Part shown: piece by piece, positions 49,642-59,036 of the stretch
Layout: each line of letters begins with the position of its first letter
How positions within the stretch are numbered: the first letter of the stretch is position 1
Assembly: GCA_963782115.1 (NCBI GenBank)
Contig: CAWAIK010000003.1
Location: forward strand, 160,001 to 224,000
Direction of reading: 5' to 3'
Length of the DNA stretch: 64,000 bases
Source: an uncultured Verrucomicrobiae bacterium
Lineage (GTDB): Bacteria; Verrucomicrobiota; Verrucomicrobiia; Chthoniobacterales; JAFAMB01
Program-made: the position numbers and the translations under genes
Notes under the pieces: model-generated
What the model saw: the letters and a program-made list of their open reading frames with translations, nothing else
What the model was told of the DNA's origin: nothing
The model's database searches: none

Positions 49642-51339
49642 ATGGCTAACGGAACGACAATTATCGATCCCGGTACGGAGTTGCTGCCGGCAAGACCGGG
49701 GCAAGAGCGCGGGACCCCGACCGGTTGGATCCAAGATCTGGTTTATACAGTCGACCACAAGAAGCTGGGAATGCTCTATGTCGGGACAGGGCTCTTTTTC
49801 TTTGTGGTGGCGGGGATAATGGCTCTGCTGATTCGAGCTCAACTCGCCTTCCCGAACGGCCGTGTCACTTCTCCGGGGGAGTTCAACGCGCTGATCACCG
49901 TGCATGGAACGGTGATGATTTTCTGGGTCGCAATGCCGATCGTCTTCGGGATGATCAATTACCTGGTCCCGCTGATGATCGGAGCGCGGGACATGGCGTT
50001 TCCGAGGCTGAACGCTTTTTCGTTCTGGTTGACTTTTTTCAGCGGATTTTTTCTGCTTTTAAGTTTTGTCGCAGGTCCCGGTGTTTACGGTCACAGTGGG
50101 GCTCCGGACGCGGGCTGGTTCGCGATCGCGCCGCTGACTTCCCCTGCATTTTCCAAGGGGCCAAGCATTGACTACTGGTCGCTCAGCGTCCTCATCACCG
50201 GGATCGGCAGCGTCACGGGCGGAATTAACATCATGGTCACGATCATCTGTTTGCGAACCAAGGGAATGAGCCTCCACCGGATGCCGTTGTTTGTCTGGTT
50301 AGCGTTGGTGACGATGTTTCTCGTCGTTGTATTTCTACCTCCGCTATCGGCGGCCCAGATCATGCTGACACTGGGACGTTACCTGGGCGCAAAATTCTTC
50401 GACGCAGAGGCGGGCGGCTCGGCTATACTCTGGCAGCACTTCTTCTGGATTTTCGGGCACCCGGAGGTCTATATCCTCGTCCTGCCGGCTTTCGCGGTGA
50501 TTTCTGAAGTTGTTCCAGTATTTTCCCGGAAACCAATTTTTGGATATCCGATGATGGTGGCCGCCACTATCCTGATCGGCTTTATCAGCGCGGGCGTCTG
50601 GGCACATCACATGTTCACAGTCGGCCTGAATTCGTTTGGGGTGACATTCTTCGCGATGGCGACGCTGGCAATCTCTGTTCCAACCGGCATCAAGATCTTC
50701 AATTGGCTCGCAACCATGTATGGCGGCAAGATCCGTTTGGAATTGCCGATGATCTTTTGTATCGCGTTCCTGTTCCAGTTCCTGATTGCAGGACTGACAG
50801 GAATCATGCTAGGCGTGGCCCCTTTCGATTGGCAGTTAAACGATTCCTACTTTGTCATCGCCCATTTTCACTACGTCATCGTGGGCGGCATCCTCTACGG
50901 GATCTTTGCATTCTTTTACTATTGGTACCCGAAAGCATTCGGTCGAATGCTCAATAAGAAACTTGGGCTTTGGCATTTCTGGCTGTTTACGATCGGCTTC
51001 CACCTGACCTTCGATCCTCAGCATTTTGCGGGGTTCCTGGGAATGCCTCGCCGCATCTATACTTATCAACCCGGACGCGGTTGGGAGCTGTGGAATCTAA
51101 TATCTACCATCGGGGCGTTGATCCAGGCCGCCGGGGTCATTTTCTTCGTGATCAACCTCCTATGGTCTGCCTGGAAAGGTAAAATTGCGGGTGATGATCC
51201 CTGGGACGCGTGGACGCTGGAATGGGCCACCACGTCGCCGCCTGCGGATTACAACTTTGAAACGCTTCCGGAAGTCCGGAGCCGACGCCCTCTCTGGGAT
51301 TTGAAGCATCCAGAGGATCCCGATTGGAAATTCGAATAG
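49642..51339 (+). CDS. coxA: Cytochrome c oxidase subunit I (type A1)
   Basis: TVHG, DMAFPRLN, FGHPEVY, WAHHM, PTGIK, AHFHY, GMPRR. Confidence 0.97.
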   Translation: MANGTTIIDPGTELLPARPGQERGTPTGWIQDLVYTVDHKKLGMLYVGTGLFFFVVAGIMALLIRAQLAFPNGRVTSPGEFNALITVHGTVMIFWVAMPIVFGMINYLVPLMIGARDMAFPRLNAFSFWLTFFSGFFLLLSFVAGPGVYGHSGAPDAGWFAIAPLTSPAFSKGPSIDYWSLSVLITGIGSVTGGINIMVTIICLRTKGMSLHRMPLFVWLALVTMFLVVVFLPPLSAAQIMLTLGRYLGAKFFDAEAGGSAILWQHFFWIFGHPEVYILVLPAFAVISEVVPVFSRKPIFGYPMMVAATILIGFISAGVWAHHMFTVGLNSFGVTFFAMATLAISVPTGIKIFNWLATMYGGKIRLELPMIFCIAFLFQFLIAGLTGIMLGVAPFDWQLNDSYFVIAHFHYVIVGGILYGIFAFFYYWYPKAFGRMLNKKLGLWHFWLFTIGFHLTFDPQHFAGFLGMPRRIYTYQPGRGWELWNLISTIGALIQAAGVIFFVINLLWSAWKGKIAGDDPWDAWTLEWATTSPPADYNFETLPEVRSRRPLWDLKHPEDPDWKFE

Positions 51340-51393
51340 CTACGGTTCCAATCCACCCCGATTTTTAGAAAATTTCCTAACAAATCTCGAACC

Positions 51394-51990
51394 ATGAGTT
51401 CTCAATCACTAAGCACGACCGAAATGGAATGGCAACTCCCCTCCCCGCGGGTGGTCGGAATGATTTTGGTTATTCTCACAGAAACGGCGCTTTTCACGAT
51501 TTTCGTGGTGGCATACCTTTTCTATATCGGGAAAAGCGTATCCGGTCCCTACCCGCATGAGGTCCTGCATTTCCCTTGGCTCGGGTCGATTCTATTGTTC
51601 GGCAGCAGTGGAACGATCGTGGCGGCCGAGCATCATTTGAAGAAGGGTTCGATGGGCGGATTCCATCTGTGGTGGTTTATCACCTTCGCCGCCGGCGTTG
51701 GATTTCTGTTCTGGACCATCAATGAATGGATCCATCTAATATACCATGAAGGGCTCACAATCAGCACCAATCTCTTCGGCTCGACGTTCTATTCGCTGGT
51801 CGGACTGCACGCCAGCCACGTGCTGGTCGGAGCGATTCTTCTCGGTTTGATCCTGATCATGAGTCTCACAGGCCGCATCCAGCATCGCCACCACCAACAT
51901 ATCGAGATGATCTCCTGGTATTGGCACTTTGTGGATTGTGTCTGGGCAGTGGTTATTACGGTTGTGTACATCATCAGCGCAAACTCTTGA
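51394..51990 (+). CDS. coxC: Cytochrome c oxidase subunit III (short form)
   Basis: LTETALF, FYSLVGLHASHV, YWHFVD. Confidence 0.93.
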   Translation: MSSQSLSTTEMEWQLPSPRVVGMILVILTETALFTIFVVAYLFYIGKSVSGPYPHEVLHFPWLGSILLFGSSGTIVAAEHHLKKGSMGGFHLWWFITFAAGVGFLFWTINEWIHLIYHEGLTISTNLFGSTFYSLVGLHASHVLVGAILLGLILIMSLTGRIQHRHHQHIEMISWYWHFVDCVWAVVITVVYIISANS

Positions 51991-51994
51991 CCCT

Positions 51995-52843
51995 ATGGAC
52001 CCTCACGAACACGGACATTCTACGGAAGAAGGCGTTGAACTGCCAACACCAACCACATGGCCGCTCATGTGCGCCTTCGGGATTACTCTGCTTGGGCTCG
52101 GATTGGTTACGACCCTTGTGATTACTCTGATCGGTTTTATTATCGGACTGATCGCAGCGATCGGCTGGTTCAGAAGCGTTTTTCCGACGCCGAAACATAC
52201 ATTTTATCCCTTGGCGGAAGCTGACCGCCGTCCCGCTCCTATCAGAGTGTCCCCGCGCCGGATCGATCATTTGCATTATGGCGAATCGAGCCATCGCACG
52301 CGCATTCCGGTCGAAGTCCATCGGTATTCGGCGGGTATCAAGGGCGGCCTGGTCGGGGGCGCAGTGATGGCAGTTTTGGCTATGGGCTACGGATTGGTCG
52401 TTCAACACAGCATCTGGTATCCGATTAACCTGATGGCCGCCGCCGGTGTTCCTTCTCTGGCCAGCGCAAGCTTGGCCACTCTGCGAGAATTTAGCGCTGC
52501 CGGCCTCACAGTCGCGTTAATAAGTCATCTCGCGTTCTCAATCCTCGTAGGGTTGCTCTACACCGTTCTTCTACCGATGCTTCCGGCGCGGCTGGAATGG
52601 CTGTTCGGCGGTGTAATCACGCCGCTCATCTGGACCGCTTTGATCTATCCGACCTTTAACCTGATTAATCCTGCGCTTGCGGCTCACGTCGACTGGGGCT
52701 GGTTCGTAATCTGTCAGGTCTCGTTCGGGTTGGCCGGCGGCTATGTCGTCTTCAAGTCCCAGAAGGTTGAAACGATGCAAAGCTGGTCGTTGGGCCAAAG
52801 AATGGGTCTACACGCCATGCGACAACAAGACAAGGGAAAGTAG
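51995..52843 (+). CDS. Oxidase-associated membrane protein (subunit IV/CtaF-like N-terminus plus extra TMs)
   Basis: LPTPTTWP followed by two TMs, a loop and about four more TMs; 4 bp after the coxC stop. Confidence 0.7.
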   Translation: MDPHEHGHSTEEGVELPTPTTWPLMCAFGITLLGLGLVTTLVITLIGFIIGLIAAIGWFRSVFPTPKHTFYPLAEADRRPAPIRVSPRRIDHLHYGESSHRTRIPVEVHRYSAGIKGGLVGGAVMAVLAMGYGLVVQHSIWYPINLMAAAGVPSLASASLATLREFSAAGLTVALISHLAFSILVGLLYTVLLPMLPARLEWLFGGVITPLIWTALIYPTFNLINPALAAHVDWGWFVICQVSFGLAGGYVVFKSQKVETMQSWSLGQRMGLHAMRQQDKGK

Positions 52844-52870
52844 AAGAGTAAACAGTAGAAGAACGGCCAA

Positions 52871-53626
52871 ATGCAGCCACGCACCTTATATTGGATTCTG
52901 CTTTTCGGCGGCCTGGCATTCCTTTGCGGCTGCGGCCGGTTGCCGGGTAAACCGACAGAAGAAGATCGTTGGAAGCCGCCGGAAGCGATCAAAAATTTTG
53001 CGGAGCTATTCGATACAAACTGCCGCGCTTGCCATAGCAATGGACAAACTCTCGGGGCTTCAATTTCTATGAATAATCCCCCCTACCTTGCGGTTATTCC
53101 GAAGGAGGTCATGCACAAAGCCGTCCAAGACGGGATTGCTGGCACGGCAATGCCGGGTTTTTCAGCCAAGGCTGGAGGAATGTTGACCGACGAGCAGATC
53201 AACATCCTGGTCGACGGTATCTACAACTGGGCAAAAGGTCACGAGGTCCCGGCGGACAATCTTCCTCCGTACAGCGCAGCTTTGGGTGATGCGGAACGCG
53301 GAGAAGCGATTTTTGCACAGGATTGTGCCAGCTGCCACGGGTCCGACGGGGAAGGCGTGAAAGGGAAAGCAGGATCGGTGGTCGATACGGCATATCTGAG
53401 CCTAGTAACCGACCAGTATTTGCGGACTGTGGTGATTGCCGGCCGGCCCGAACTCGGGATGCCGGGTTTCCGGGAGTACGTACCAGGGAAACCGATGACA
53501 CCCGAGGAAATTTCCGACGTCGTGGCTTGGCTCGCATCCCGCCGTCAGGGACCGGCTCCAGGGCAGACTGCACAAACCGCGGAAGCCACCACCACCGGAA
53601 CGCAACCCTCAACCTCAAACCAGTAA
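52871..53626 (+). CDS. Diheme c-type cytochrome, probable lipoprotein
   Basis: Signal ending LCGC; CRACH...MPGF and CASCH...MPGF. Confidence 0.9.
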   Translation: MQPRTLYWILLFGGLAFLCGCGRLPGKPTEEDRWKPPEAIKNFAELFDTNCRACHSNGQTLGASISMNNPPYLAVIPKEVMHKAVQDGIAGTAMPGFSAKAGGMLTDEQINILVDGIYNWAKGHEVPADNLPPYSAALGDAERGEAIFAQDCASCHGSDGEGVKGKAGSVVDTAYLSLVTDQYLRTVVIAGRPELGMPGFREYVPGKPMTPEEISDVVAWLASRRQGPAPGQTAQTAEATTTGTQPSTSNQ

Positions 53627-54168
53627 TGACCTCAAACGAATCTGAAAGTCATCCGCCGGTCAGTCCCGGGGCAAAGAGTTATTCCACACGGCGCGACTTC
53701 TTGCTGCAGATCGGTATCGTCCTTAACACGGTGGCGGGTTTTATGATCGGAGTGCCGATCGTGGGATTTATTTTATCCAGTCTGATCAAGAGGACTCCTC
53801 GCATCTGGTTCTCCCTCGGGCCGGTTTCGAATTTCCCGGAAGGAGCGATGCGCCTGGCGGTTTACGAAAATCCATACCGTCGCGAGGCCGACGGGCAGAC
53901 TGCGAGACTTACCTGTTGGGTACGGCGGATTCAGGGAAATCAATTCACGGTGTTCGCGGCAAACTGCACTCACTTGGGATGTCCGGTCCGATGGTTTGAA
54001 GAGTCGCAACTCTTTTTGTGTCCGTGTCATGGAGGTGCCTTTTACGCCGACGGTGGACACGCTGCGGGTCCTCCTCCGAGAGGCCTCTATGTGTATGAAC
54101 ATAAGGTCGAGAAGGGCGAATTACAGATTAAAGCTGGTGTCCTGCCCACCCTGGCGAGCCCGTCGTAA
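53626..54168 (+). CDS. Rieske iron-sulfur subunit of a quinol:cytochrome c reductase
   Basis: Tat motif TRRDFL, CTHLGC, CPCHGG, GPPPRGL. Confidence 0.93.
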   Translation: MTSNESESHPPVSPGAKSYSTRRDFLLQIGIVLNTVAGFMIGVPIVGFILSSLIKRTPRIWFSLGPVSNFPEGAMRLAVYENPYRREADGQTARLTCWVRRIQGNQFTVFAANCTHLGCPVRWFEESQLFLCPCHGGAFYADGGHAAGPPPRGLYVYEHKVEKGELQIKAGVLPTLASPS

Positions 54169-54173
54169 AAACT

Positions 54174-55697
54174 ATGAGTGCGAAGGAAAGACCGATCATC
54201 AGCACGTTGGTTAACGTGGCGATGTGGTTTGAGCGGAGGCTCCACCTCGTCAAAGTTTGGAAGGCGACCGCCGGTCACCCAATCCCGAAAAGCAGCGCCA
54301 GCTGGTTTTACGTTTTTGGGAGTATGACCCTTCTTACCTTCACGATCCAAATACTGACCGGGATCTTGTTGGCCTTGGTTTATATCCCGTCAGCAAGTGA
54401 AGCGTACCGAAGCCTTGAGTTCCTGAATTATCAACAGGAGCTCGGATGGTTCCTGCGGGCAGTGCATTATTGGGGGTCGAACGCCATGGTTGTCGTCGTG
54501 TTTTTGCACATGACGCAGGTCTTTTTATGGGGCGCCTATAAGCATCCGAGAGAATTAACCTGGATCTCCGGAGTGGTTTTGCTCCTTCTGACACTTGGTC
54601 TGTCTTTCACCGGTCAGGTGATGCGCTTCGACTCCGATGCCTACTGGGGAATCGGCATCGGCGCGGCCATTTCGGGCAGAATCCCGATCATTGGGGCGCA
54701 AGTCGTGAATTTGCTTTTGGGTGGTCCAATTATTGGCAGCGATACGTTGTCGCGCTTCTTTGCTCTCCATGTGTTTGTCCTTCCTGGGGCAGTCCTCGCT
54801 CTCGTTAGCCTTCATCTGCGATTGGTTCTGTTGCAGGGCATCAACGAATACCCAAAGCCGGGAGTCCAGATTCGCAAAGAAACCTACGTCAAAGAGTACA
54901 ATGAGATGACCCACAAGGACGGGATACCATTTGTCCCAAATGGGATCGGCAAGGATATCGTCGCAAATGGATTGCTGCTGCTGGTGATCGTCGCACTCGC
55001 GGTATTCGTCGGACCGAAAGGTCCGGAAATTCCGGCAGATCCAGCCCAGATCATCTCCGAGGCTAAGCCGGACTACCCGTTCCTCTGGCTGCTGTCTGCT
55101 GCTGCCCTGCTGCCGAATGGTTCGGAAATCGCCCTGTTCTTTGTTTTCCCGCTGATTGCCATGATCCTTCTGTTTGGATTGCCTTTTTTCTGCAACGTGG
55201 GCGAAAAACATTACGCTCGGCGACCGCTCTCTATCATCGTCGTCATGCTCACCTACCTGACTATCGGGATGCTCACCTTCGCGGGAGTCAAGGGCCCATG
55301 GTCGCCGCACATGGAGGCCTGGAGCGCCACTCCCATGAAGCCTGAGTTCGTTAAGGGACGTTCGCCGCTTGAACTGCAAGGTGCGCTCCTTTTTCAGGAC
55401 AAACAATGCCGCAATTGTCACGCCGTCGGTGGCGAAGGTGGACGTCGCGGACCAGATCTGTCGGCTGTCGGAGCGCGAATGGACGAACCTGAGTTGGTTC
55501 GGCAAGTGATCCAGGGCGGCGGCAACATGCCGGCTTACGGAAACAATCTTTCCCCGCAGGAGGTCAAGGCTTTGGTTACTTATCTGGTTTCTCTCCGGCC
55601 GGCCAACACGATCCCTGCTCTAAACCCGGCGATTCCGGAAAAGAGCAATCGCGTTTCATCAGGCGAACCGACGAAAGAGACCCGGACTGGGGGATAG
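54174..55697 (+). CDS. Cytochrome b (b6 + subunit IV-like) with C-terminal cytochrome c
   Basis: Heme b ligands RAVHYW...FLH and FALH...SLH; YKHPRELTWISG; C-terminal CRNCH...GPDL...MP. Confidence 0.93.
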   Translation: MSAKERPIISTLVNVAMWFERRLHLVKVWKATAGHPIPKSSASWFYVFGSMTLLTFTIQILTGILLALVYIPSASEAYRSLEFLNYQQELGWFLRAVHYWGSNAMVVVVFLHMTQVFLWGAYKHPRELTWISGVVLLLLTLGLSFTGQVMRFDSDAYWGIGIGAAISGRIPIIGAQVVNLLLGGPIIGSDTLSRFFALHVFVLPGAVLALVSLHLRLVLLQGINEYPKPGVQIRKETYVKEYNEMTHKDGIPFVPNGIGKDIVANGLLLLVIVALAVFVGPKGPEIPADPAQIISEAKPDYPFLWLLSAAALLPNGSEIALFFVFPLIAMILLFGLPFFCNVGEKHYARRPLSIIVVMLTYLTIGMLTFAGVKGPWSPHMEAWSATPMKPEFVKGRSPLELQGALLFQDKQCRNCHAVGGEGGRRGPDLSAVGARMDEPELVRQVIQGGGNMPAYGNNLSPQEVKALVTYLVSLRPANTIPALNPAIPEKSNRVSSGEPTKETRTGG

Positions 55698-55826
55698 CCG
55701 ACCAGGAAAAGATCGAGAACGCCATACAGCAAGAACAGGAGAAGGCTGACGGTAGCAACTAGCCTGGAAATCTCCCAAGCCAAAGCACTCGGGAGATTTC
55801 CAGGCTGGCTGCTATAGTAGCGGTCG

Positions 55827-58148
55827 ATGGAAGATCCGGCTAGCGCGGTTTTCAGCTCGTGGGCGATTCCGATAGGACCGACCGTTGCGATTCTACTCTC
55901 ATTCATCTTTTACCTTCGGGGCTGGATCGCGTTGCAGTTTCGAGCTCCTTCTCGATTTCCTCTCTGGCGCCTGTTTTCCTTCGCAGCAGGGCTGGGAACG
56001 ATCTTCCTGGCGATCGCTTCGCCATTAGACGCTTTCGGCGGCCTGCTGTTGCAGGTGCACATGATTCAGCATCTCCTGCTGATGATGGCGGCGCCACCGT
56101 TGATCCTGGCCGGAGCACCTTATCTGCCCATCCTCTCCGGTCTGCCCCGCGTGTTCGCTCGCGAGGTCGTGGGACCGTTTCTCATTTGGCCCCCGCTTCA
56201 GCGAATCGGACACGTCCTGTTTCATCCTGTGATCTGCTGGATCGCCTTCACCACCTCCAATGTGCTCTGGCACCTCCCGGCGTTTTACGAACTGGCACTC
56301 AACTCTCCGGGGTGGCACCAGGTGGAACACCTCTGCTTTCTCCTGACCGGACTTCTGTTTTGGTGGCACATCATCCTGCCGTGGCCCGGCCGTGCACCAT
56401 GGCCACGCTGGGCGATGATTCCTTACCTGGTTCTCGCCGACCTTCAAAATACCGGTCTGGCAGCGTTTCTGACGTTCTATGACAGGGTTCTCTACCCGAC
56501 CTACCAAAGCGCCCCTCGATTATGGGGATCGAACCCGCTCGATGATCAGGTGATCGCAGGAACAATCATGTGGGTGCCCGGTTCGATCATCTTTCTGGTT
56601 CCGGCAGCGATCATTGCCATTCAATTTCTCTCACCAAAACCAAACTTCGGGTTTCCAGACCACCCCGGCGCGCAACCGGCACGACCCCCTGAAGGAGAAT
56701 CGGCGTCACTGCTACGTAAGTTGGGTCTGGGTCCTCATACCTCTCACCAATTTTTTGACTTATTCAAAGTTTCGGTTCTCGGGCGTATCCTGCGTTCCAA
56801 AGCCTTCCGACGCGGAATGCAGGTGGTCATGCTAATCCTCGCAATTGCGGTTTTGCTGGATGGGTTCCTTGGCCCGCAACTGAGTCCAATGAATCTTGCC
56901 GGGGTTCTACCCTGGACCCACTGGCGCGGATTCACGGTGATCGCTCTGTTGTTCGCGGGAAATTTTTTCTGCATGGTTTGTCCGTTCATGTTGGTCCGCG
57001 ATTTGGGGCGGCGTTGGCTTCCGGCCAGGTGGACATGGCCACGTTCATTGCGTAACAAATGGCTGGCGGTGTTATTGCTTGCTCTCTTTTTCTGGTCGTA
57101 CGAAGCATTCAGCCTCTGGAACAGTCCCTGGCTGACTGCCTGGATCATTCTCTCTTATTTCCTGGCAGCCTTGTTAATCGATGGATTTTTTCAGGGCGGA
57201 ACTTTTTGCAAATACGTTTGTCCGATCGGCCAATTCCATTTTGTCCAGTCATTGCTTTCCCCGCTCGAGGTGAAGGTACGAAAACCGGACGTTTGCCGCA
57301 GCTGCAAAACCTTTGATTGCATCCGAGGCAATTCTGAGCAGCGAGGCTGTGAATTGAAACTCTTTCAGCCGAGAAAGAAAGGCAACATGGACTGCACGTT
57401 CTGCATGGACTGTGTCCACGCGTGTCCCCACGATAACGTCGGGCTGATCGCGGTGATTCCCGGCCAGGATCTCTGGTCCGGAGAGCAGCGCTCCTCGATC
57501 GGTCCATTTGCAACCCGGTTCGACCTGGCGGTGCTCGTGTTAATCCTGGTGTTCGGTGCCTTGACAAACGCTGCAGGGATGATAGCTCCGGTCGCGGCTC
57601 TGCTGGATCGTGCGAGTCTCCTGTTCGATCTCCAGCGACCTGTCGTCATTGCCCTGTTCCTGGTCATCGGGATATTTCTGATTCCGGGATTTATAGTCTG
57701 CCTAGCCGGATTTCTGAGCCTGCGGCTCGGTGGACTCCAGGTACCCATCAAGCGGTTCATTTCCGACTTTGCCATGACCATGGTGCCACTCGGCTTCGCC
57801 ATGTGGCTAGCCCACTTTGTCTTTCATCTCTTCACCGGTTCCCACCTGCCGGTCCCGGTGATCGAACGGATTGCCCTGGATCTTCACCTGACCTTCTTCG
57901 GAAAACCGGATTGGGGAATCGCCTCGTGGGCCATGCCGCAATTGCTTGATTTCGAGATCCTGTTCCTCGATCTGGGATTACTCGTTTCGCTCTACGCCGG
58001 GTGGAGAGTCGCGCAACGTTACAACAACTCAAAAAACCGTTCTCTTCTCATTTTCACGCCCTGGTCGCTGATTTACATTCTCTTTTTCCTCGTGGCTATC
58101 TGGATCATTTTTCAACCAATGGATATGCGCGGAACGATGATGTCATAG
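55827..58148 (+). CDS. caa3-type CtaG copper assembly factor fused to a membrane-bound 4Fe-4S polyferredoxin
   Basis: ASPLD...HMIQH...WHLP...HQVEH...DQ..AG.IMW (Caa3_CtaG); CMVCP, CKYVCPIG, CRSC...C...C, CTFCMDCVHACP. Confidence 0.88.
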   Translation: MEDPASAVFSSWAIPIGPTVAILLSFIFYLRGWIALQFRAPSRFPLWRLFSFAAGLGTIFLAIASPLDAFGGLLLQVHMIQHLLLMMAAPPLILAGAPYLPILSGLPRVFAREVVGPFLIWPPLQRIGHVLFHPVICWIAFTTSNVLWHLPAFYELALNSPGWHQVEHLCFLLTGLLFWWHIILPWPGRAPWPRWAMIPYLVLADLQNTGLAAFLTFYDRVLYPTYQSAPRLWGSNPLDDQVIAGTIMWVPGSIIFLVPAAIIAIQFLSPKPNFGFPDHPGAQPARPPEGESASLLRKLGLGPHTSHQFFDLFKVSVLGRILRSKAFRRGMQVVMLILAIAVLLDGFLGPQLSPMNLAGVLPWTHWRGFTVIALLFAGNFFCMVCPFMLVRDLGRRWLPARWTWPRSLRNKWLAVLLLALFFWSYEAFSLWNSPWLTAWIILSYFLAALLIDGFFQGGTFCKYVCPIGQFHFVQSLLSPLEVKVRKPDVCRSCKTFDCIRGNSEQRGCELKLFQPRKKGNMDCTFCMDCVHACPHDNVGLIAVIPGQDLWSGEQRSSIGPFATRFDLAVLVLILVFGALTNAAGMIAPVAALLDRASLLFDLQRPVVIALFLVIGIFLIPGFIVCLAGFLSLRLGGLQVPIKRFISDFAMTMVPLGFAMWLAHFVFHLFTGSHLPVPVIERIALDLHLTFFGKPDWGIASWAMPQLLDFEILFLDLGLLVSLYAGWRVAQRYNNSKNRSLLIFTPWSLIYILFFLVAIWIIFQPMDMRGTMMS

Positions 58149-58235
58149 ACCAGCCCGCTTGGAAAGCGACTCGGGAGGAAGATTGAATTTAAACAGGAAG
58201 AAACAAGGTGTAGGTTCCTTCCCAGGTCTTTTGGT

Positions 58236-58784
58236 ATGCGGACGGCATTCATTTTTGGTTTGATGCTGTTTCTCGCTCGAGCGAGCTGGGCTGACGGTGG
58301 TGCGATCCAGTTCCAGGGCGATGCGGGATCGTTTCATGTCACGGTTTTCACTTTGCCAGCGATCCTGAGCGCTGGAGCGATTGACGTGACGGTGTTGATC
58401 CAGGATCGTTCCAAACTTAATCCGCTCCTCGATGCACGGGTGACCCTGGATCTCAGTCCGCAATCCGGAAATGTCTTAAAAAAAGAAGCATGGTCACCGC
58501 CCGCCTGCCCTCTGAGCGTCCCTGCCTCCCTTGCAGGTATTGCGGCAAGGCTGAACCACGGAGAAAATCGACTTCTTTATGGCGCACTGACACAAGTTCC
58601 GGATAGCGGTATCTGGAAGCTGAAAATCAACATTCAGCGCGATTCTGAAACGGAAAGCGTCTCAACTCTGCTGAAGGTAAACCCACCTGCCCCGCCCCCA
58701 CTAGCTTATTGGCAGCTGTTTATCCTGCCACCGCTTGGTGTTCTCGGTTTTATTCTGAATCGGACTGCGCGGCGCAGGGTTTGA
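58236..58784 (+). CDS. Exported hypothetical protein with C-terminal membrane anchor
   Basis: Signal peptide (ASWA|DGG), beta-rich core, C-terminal TM with basic tail. Confidence 0.7.
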   Translation: MRTAFIFGLMLFLARASWADGGAIQFQGDAGSFHVTVFTLPAILSAGAIDVTVLIQDRSKLNPLLDARVTLDLSPQSGNVLKKEAWSPPACPLSVPASLAGIAARLNHGENRLLYGALTQVPDSGIWKLKINIQRDSETESVSTLLKVNPPAPPPLAYWQLFILPPLGVLGFILNRTARRRV

Positions 58785-58802
58785 ACTAACAATGCAAGAA
58801 GT

Positions 58803-58930
58803 CAGGAGTTGCAGAATCCGCAATCAATCCAGTCTGCGCGGAAGAATCCTGAGAGGCTACCTCGACATGCAAGGCTTTATTTTCAAACGCGGGTCCATAT
58901 GAACGGATTTCTGTAACTGCTGAACTCCTG
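58803..58930. repeat. Inverted repeat element (CAGGAGTTGCAGAA type)
   Basis: CAGGAGTTGCAGAATCCG ... CGGATTTCTGTAACTGCTGAACTCCTG; related units at 18352-18378. Confidence 0.65.
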
Positions 58931-59036
58931 CCCTCACAACTCCGCTTGCGATCGCGCTCAGATCACCGAATAGTCTCGGAAAATCGTCTGCCTGCAACGG
59001 AGACCAATCTTATCCCCTATCACTTATCTCGTTCGT

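Noticed and set aside
54555..55505. Long antisense ORFs (also 22115-23044, 40388-41230, 29465-30238, 11257-12075)
   Set aside because: They shadow well-supported genes on the opposite strand and contain no recognisable motifs
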